From Takakia lepidozioides (Eukaryota > Plantae > Bryophyta), in assembly GCA_030704615.1 (NCBI GenBank), contig CM060734.1, positions 13,020,001-13,084,000 on the forward strand: a DNA stretch of 64,000 bases, in the 5' to 3' direction. The translations under genes and the position numbers were made by a program. The notes under the pieces are model-generated. The model worked only from the letters and a program-made list of their open reading frames with translations. It had not been told where the DNA came from and searched no databases. Of this stretch, positions 60,835-64,000 are shown piece after piece. How positions within the stretch are numbered: the stretch's first letter is position 1; every line of letters begins with the position of its first letter.

Positions 60835-63800
60835 TGTCGTGCGCATACATATCGCTACACAACTACATCGCTGTCCAAAACCACACAACACATGTGCACA
60901 CCACACACTAGTATACCACTAGTCCACCACTAGTCTAACCACTAGTCCAACCACTAGGCTACAACTAGTCAGTCACTAGGCTGCCACTATGCTGCCCACT
61001 ATGGCAGTCACTAGTCCACACAATGATAAAGGAGAAGAATACAAGCACAAGCTCATGCGAGCTCATAAAGCTGAAGCATAAGCTCATGCATATATAACCT
61101 CATCACTCAAATACAAATTAAGCCAAGTGCACCCCACGCCATGGGGAATCCACACTACGACGCCATAGCTAGGCGCGGTGAGGCTCAACTCGAGAAAGAT
61201 GAGCCTCCCGCGCTTGCCGTGAAGATAACCACTCCAGGGCCTAAATCTGCCTTGACCCCTGGATTGACACTTGGGCCAATCCCAAATATCAATATGTAAA
61301 AGCTAGCTATTTCCTAGCTAGTTTCACACTAGTGGTAAAATAACTTGACAGCTGTCGTGCGCATACATATCGCTACACAACTACATCGTTGTACAAAACC
61401 ACACAACATATGTGCACACCACACACTAGTATACCACTAGTCCACCACTAGTCCAGCCACTAGTCCAACCACTAGGCTACAACTAGGAAATATGGTGAGA
61501 AGGAGGCAAGTGATGCTTGTGTAGCCCATGGCTAACCAAGGCACCTGAAGATCCCAATCTCCTAGGTGTCCCTTTTGCAAGCCATACTTGCGCAAACCCC
61601 TCTTCATCGTCTGAACAACTCTCTCTGCCAAGCCATCGGCCTCAAGATGATCCCGAGAAGTGGTGTGGTGGTCTATCAAGGCTTTATCACACAAAGCCTG
61701 AAACTCCCCCAAGAACTCTCTCCCTTGGTCCGTGAGTACCTCAGCTAGAGCACCGAATCGGCTAAGCACACGATCCAAGAATGCATACGCAACCCCCTCA
61801 CTAGCCTTGTCATGCAATGGAACCAACTCAATCCACTTGGAGAAGTGCTCCACCATCACCAACACATATCTGTGGTGGCGCATAGTCAGTGGCAACGGTC
61901 TTGCGAAGTCAAGACTCCACCTGTAGCCCAATCCCATGATTGGTAAATGATGGAACTATGGTGTAGGGGCGTTGAATGAAGCACGCACCCTGTCACACAC
62001 CATGCACCTAGCCACAAACTGTTGTACCTCTGTATGCATACCACGCCATCAATACTGCCCCTGCAGTAAATTGTGAGTGCGTCGCACTCCAAAATGCCCC
62101 AATTCCTCATGGGCATGCTGCACTAACCGTGCACGCTGTGTGGGGTGAGGCACAATCCTCATCCGACCATCCTCCCATACTTGGAGCAGGTGTATCCCCT
62201 CCCACTTGAACCTCTTGGCTCGTTGTAGGATCCGATCCATCTCCTTGGCAGTCATAGTGGCTGCCGTGTCTCCAGTACGGAGGTAGTCCAACACAGCCGA
62301 ATCCTCATGTATATCTCTGGTACCACCTGGCTCATCACTAGCCTCAGGGTCCTCAGACACTCCGTCTACAGTCATCCCTGTTGTAGGTCCAACCTGACCT
62401 CCCGATGCCAAGATACACAAAAACGCAGATGCATGCCATCCCGACACCATCTCCTCGTCCGTCTCACCATGCCACCGAGCTCCAGTGTCATCATGCTGGC
62501 TCGTGCATGGATTGCGACTCAATCCATCCGCATCCCGATTGACCAAACCCGGTTTATGCACAACCTGAAAGTCATACTCCTGGAGTATGAGTGCCTACCG
62601 TGCAAGCTTCCCCGTAAGCTTGTCTGACTCCATCAACCACTTGAGTGGCTGGTGATCCGTGACAAGGGTGAAGAGATTGTCGTATAGATAGCACCTGAAA
62701 TGTGCCACGGCCCACACTGCAGCTAAGCACTTTCCCTCATATAAGCTATACTTAGCCTCTGCAGCGTTGTTTGAGCGGCTAACATAAGCCACTACGAACT
62801 CTCTTCCCTCATCATCCACCTGTGTGAGCACCGCTCCAAGCCCCAACATGCTCCAATCCATATGCAGCTGAAAGAGACGCCCCCTGATAGGTCGTCTCAG
62901 GATAGGCGCCGAAGTCAACCTCGCCTTGAGCTCTTGAAAAGCTCGTTCCTGCTCATCTTCCCACTACCACTCTTGGTCCACCTTGATCAGCTTGGTTAGA
63001 GCCTTTGCAATGGCACTAAATCCCTTGACAAACCGTCTATAATAGTTTGCCAACCCCATGAAAGCTCGAACTCGGCTCACATCCATGGGGCGTGGAATTT
63101 GTGCAATGGCCTCTACCTTAGTCTGTTGTACCCCCAATCCTCCAGAATATATCATGTGACCCAGATACTCAATCTGGTTGTGGAAAAACTTGCACTTCCC
63201 CGGATGCAACTTCAATCTGTGCGCTCTTAAGCGCTCCAATACCACCTGAAGGTGTCTCTCATGCTCCTCCACCGTAGCACTAAAGGTGATGATGTCATCT
63301 ATGTAGCACCGAGTAAAGTCCACCCCTGCTTGGATCCTATCCATGACTCTCCGAAACTGTGCAAGAGCGTTCTTAAGCCCAAATGGTAAGAACCGCCACT
63401 GATATAGGCAAACCTTGCCGTGCTCATTGATCCCCCAGAATGTCGTCTTCTGCTTGTCCGCCTCCTTGATCGGCAACTGGTGATATCCGGATCATAAATC
63501 CAAAGTGCTAAAGACCTTAGCATGCCCGATGGCATCAAAGATCTCCTCTGGTGTTGGCATGGCATACTTATCGGACTTGGTCTGACGATTTACAGGCCGG
63601 TAATCACCGCACATACGTCTCTCCGTCCAATTGCCATAGACATCCTTCTTGGCTAACATCACTGTGGCTAAAGCACCAGAGAGCTCCACCAAACCTGCCT
63701 CCCAGAGATCTTGAGTCCTCATCTGAATCAAAGACCTCTCCATGTCACTGTATCTATAGGGTCTCCGAAAGATTGGCGTGTCAGTGGCCAACTCAATACG

Positions 63801-64000
63801 GATCTCTTGACCCTTCAATGCTCCCAAGTCCTTCAAACTGAAGGCAAAGCAATTCCTGTAAGCCCTCAGGAACCGCCGTATACGTCGTCTCTCCTCCGGT
63901 GACAATGGGTCCAATGTCAGGCTCCCAATTGTCCTCCGTAATTGTAACCTTAAGTCCAGTGGGCTTAGAGGGTAGAGGACACGTCCAATGGTTGCTATGT
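60835..64000 (-). mobile_element. DNMT/PHD Gypsy family copy, 3' part (continues off the right edge): B2 60835-61022, A 61024-61350, truncated B1 61353-61486, integrase, RNaseH, RT
   Basis: Colinear with ~51050-53585; same junctions GACA-GC-TGTCA and TATCA-T-TGTG; PHD and PPT removed by a deletion at 61486. Confidence 0.92.

Overview
Eukaryotic, plant- or streptophyte-like heterochromatic window made almost entirely of nested transposable elements. No intact host gene was recognised, and there is a 500-N gap at 41068-41567. Three main Ty3/Gypsy families are present. (1) A non-chromovirus Athila/Phygy/Selgy-like family: a partial copy at 1-4394 (-) and a complete copy at 19305-32274 (+) with a GCTCT target-site duplication (TSD), an extra ORF before gag and a long coiled-coil ORF after pol. 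(2) A tRNA-iMet-primed chromovirus at 4395-10377 (-) and 41568-43032 (-). (3) An unusual family in four copies plus one fragment, best preserved at 43033-54972 (+). Its polyprotein is Gag-protease-DNMT3-like C5 cytosine methyltransferase-RT-RNaseH-DDE integrase-PHD finger. Its termini are split and permuted: A...internal...PPT-B-gc-A-t-B, with a palindromic GACA-GC-TGTC junction and a self-complementary (tRNA-independent) primer binding site (PBS). This layout matches a two-LTR circle reopened inside one LTR, which suggests a DDE-integrase retrotransposon that integrates from a circular intermediate. LINE endonuclease remnants, another integrase remnant, a SWIM-finger ORF, palindromic motif arrays and a ~1-kb tandem duplication fill the rest. 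All calls come from reading the sequence by eye; no database searches were run.
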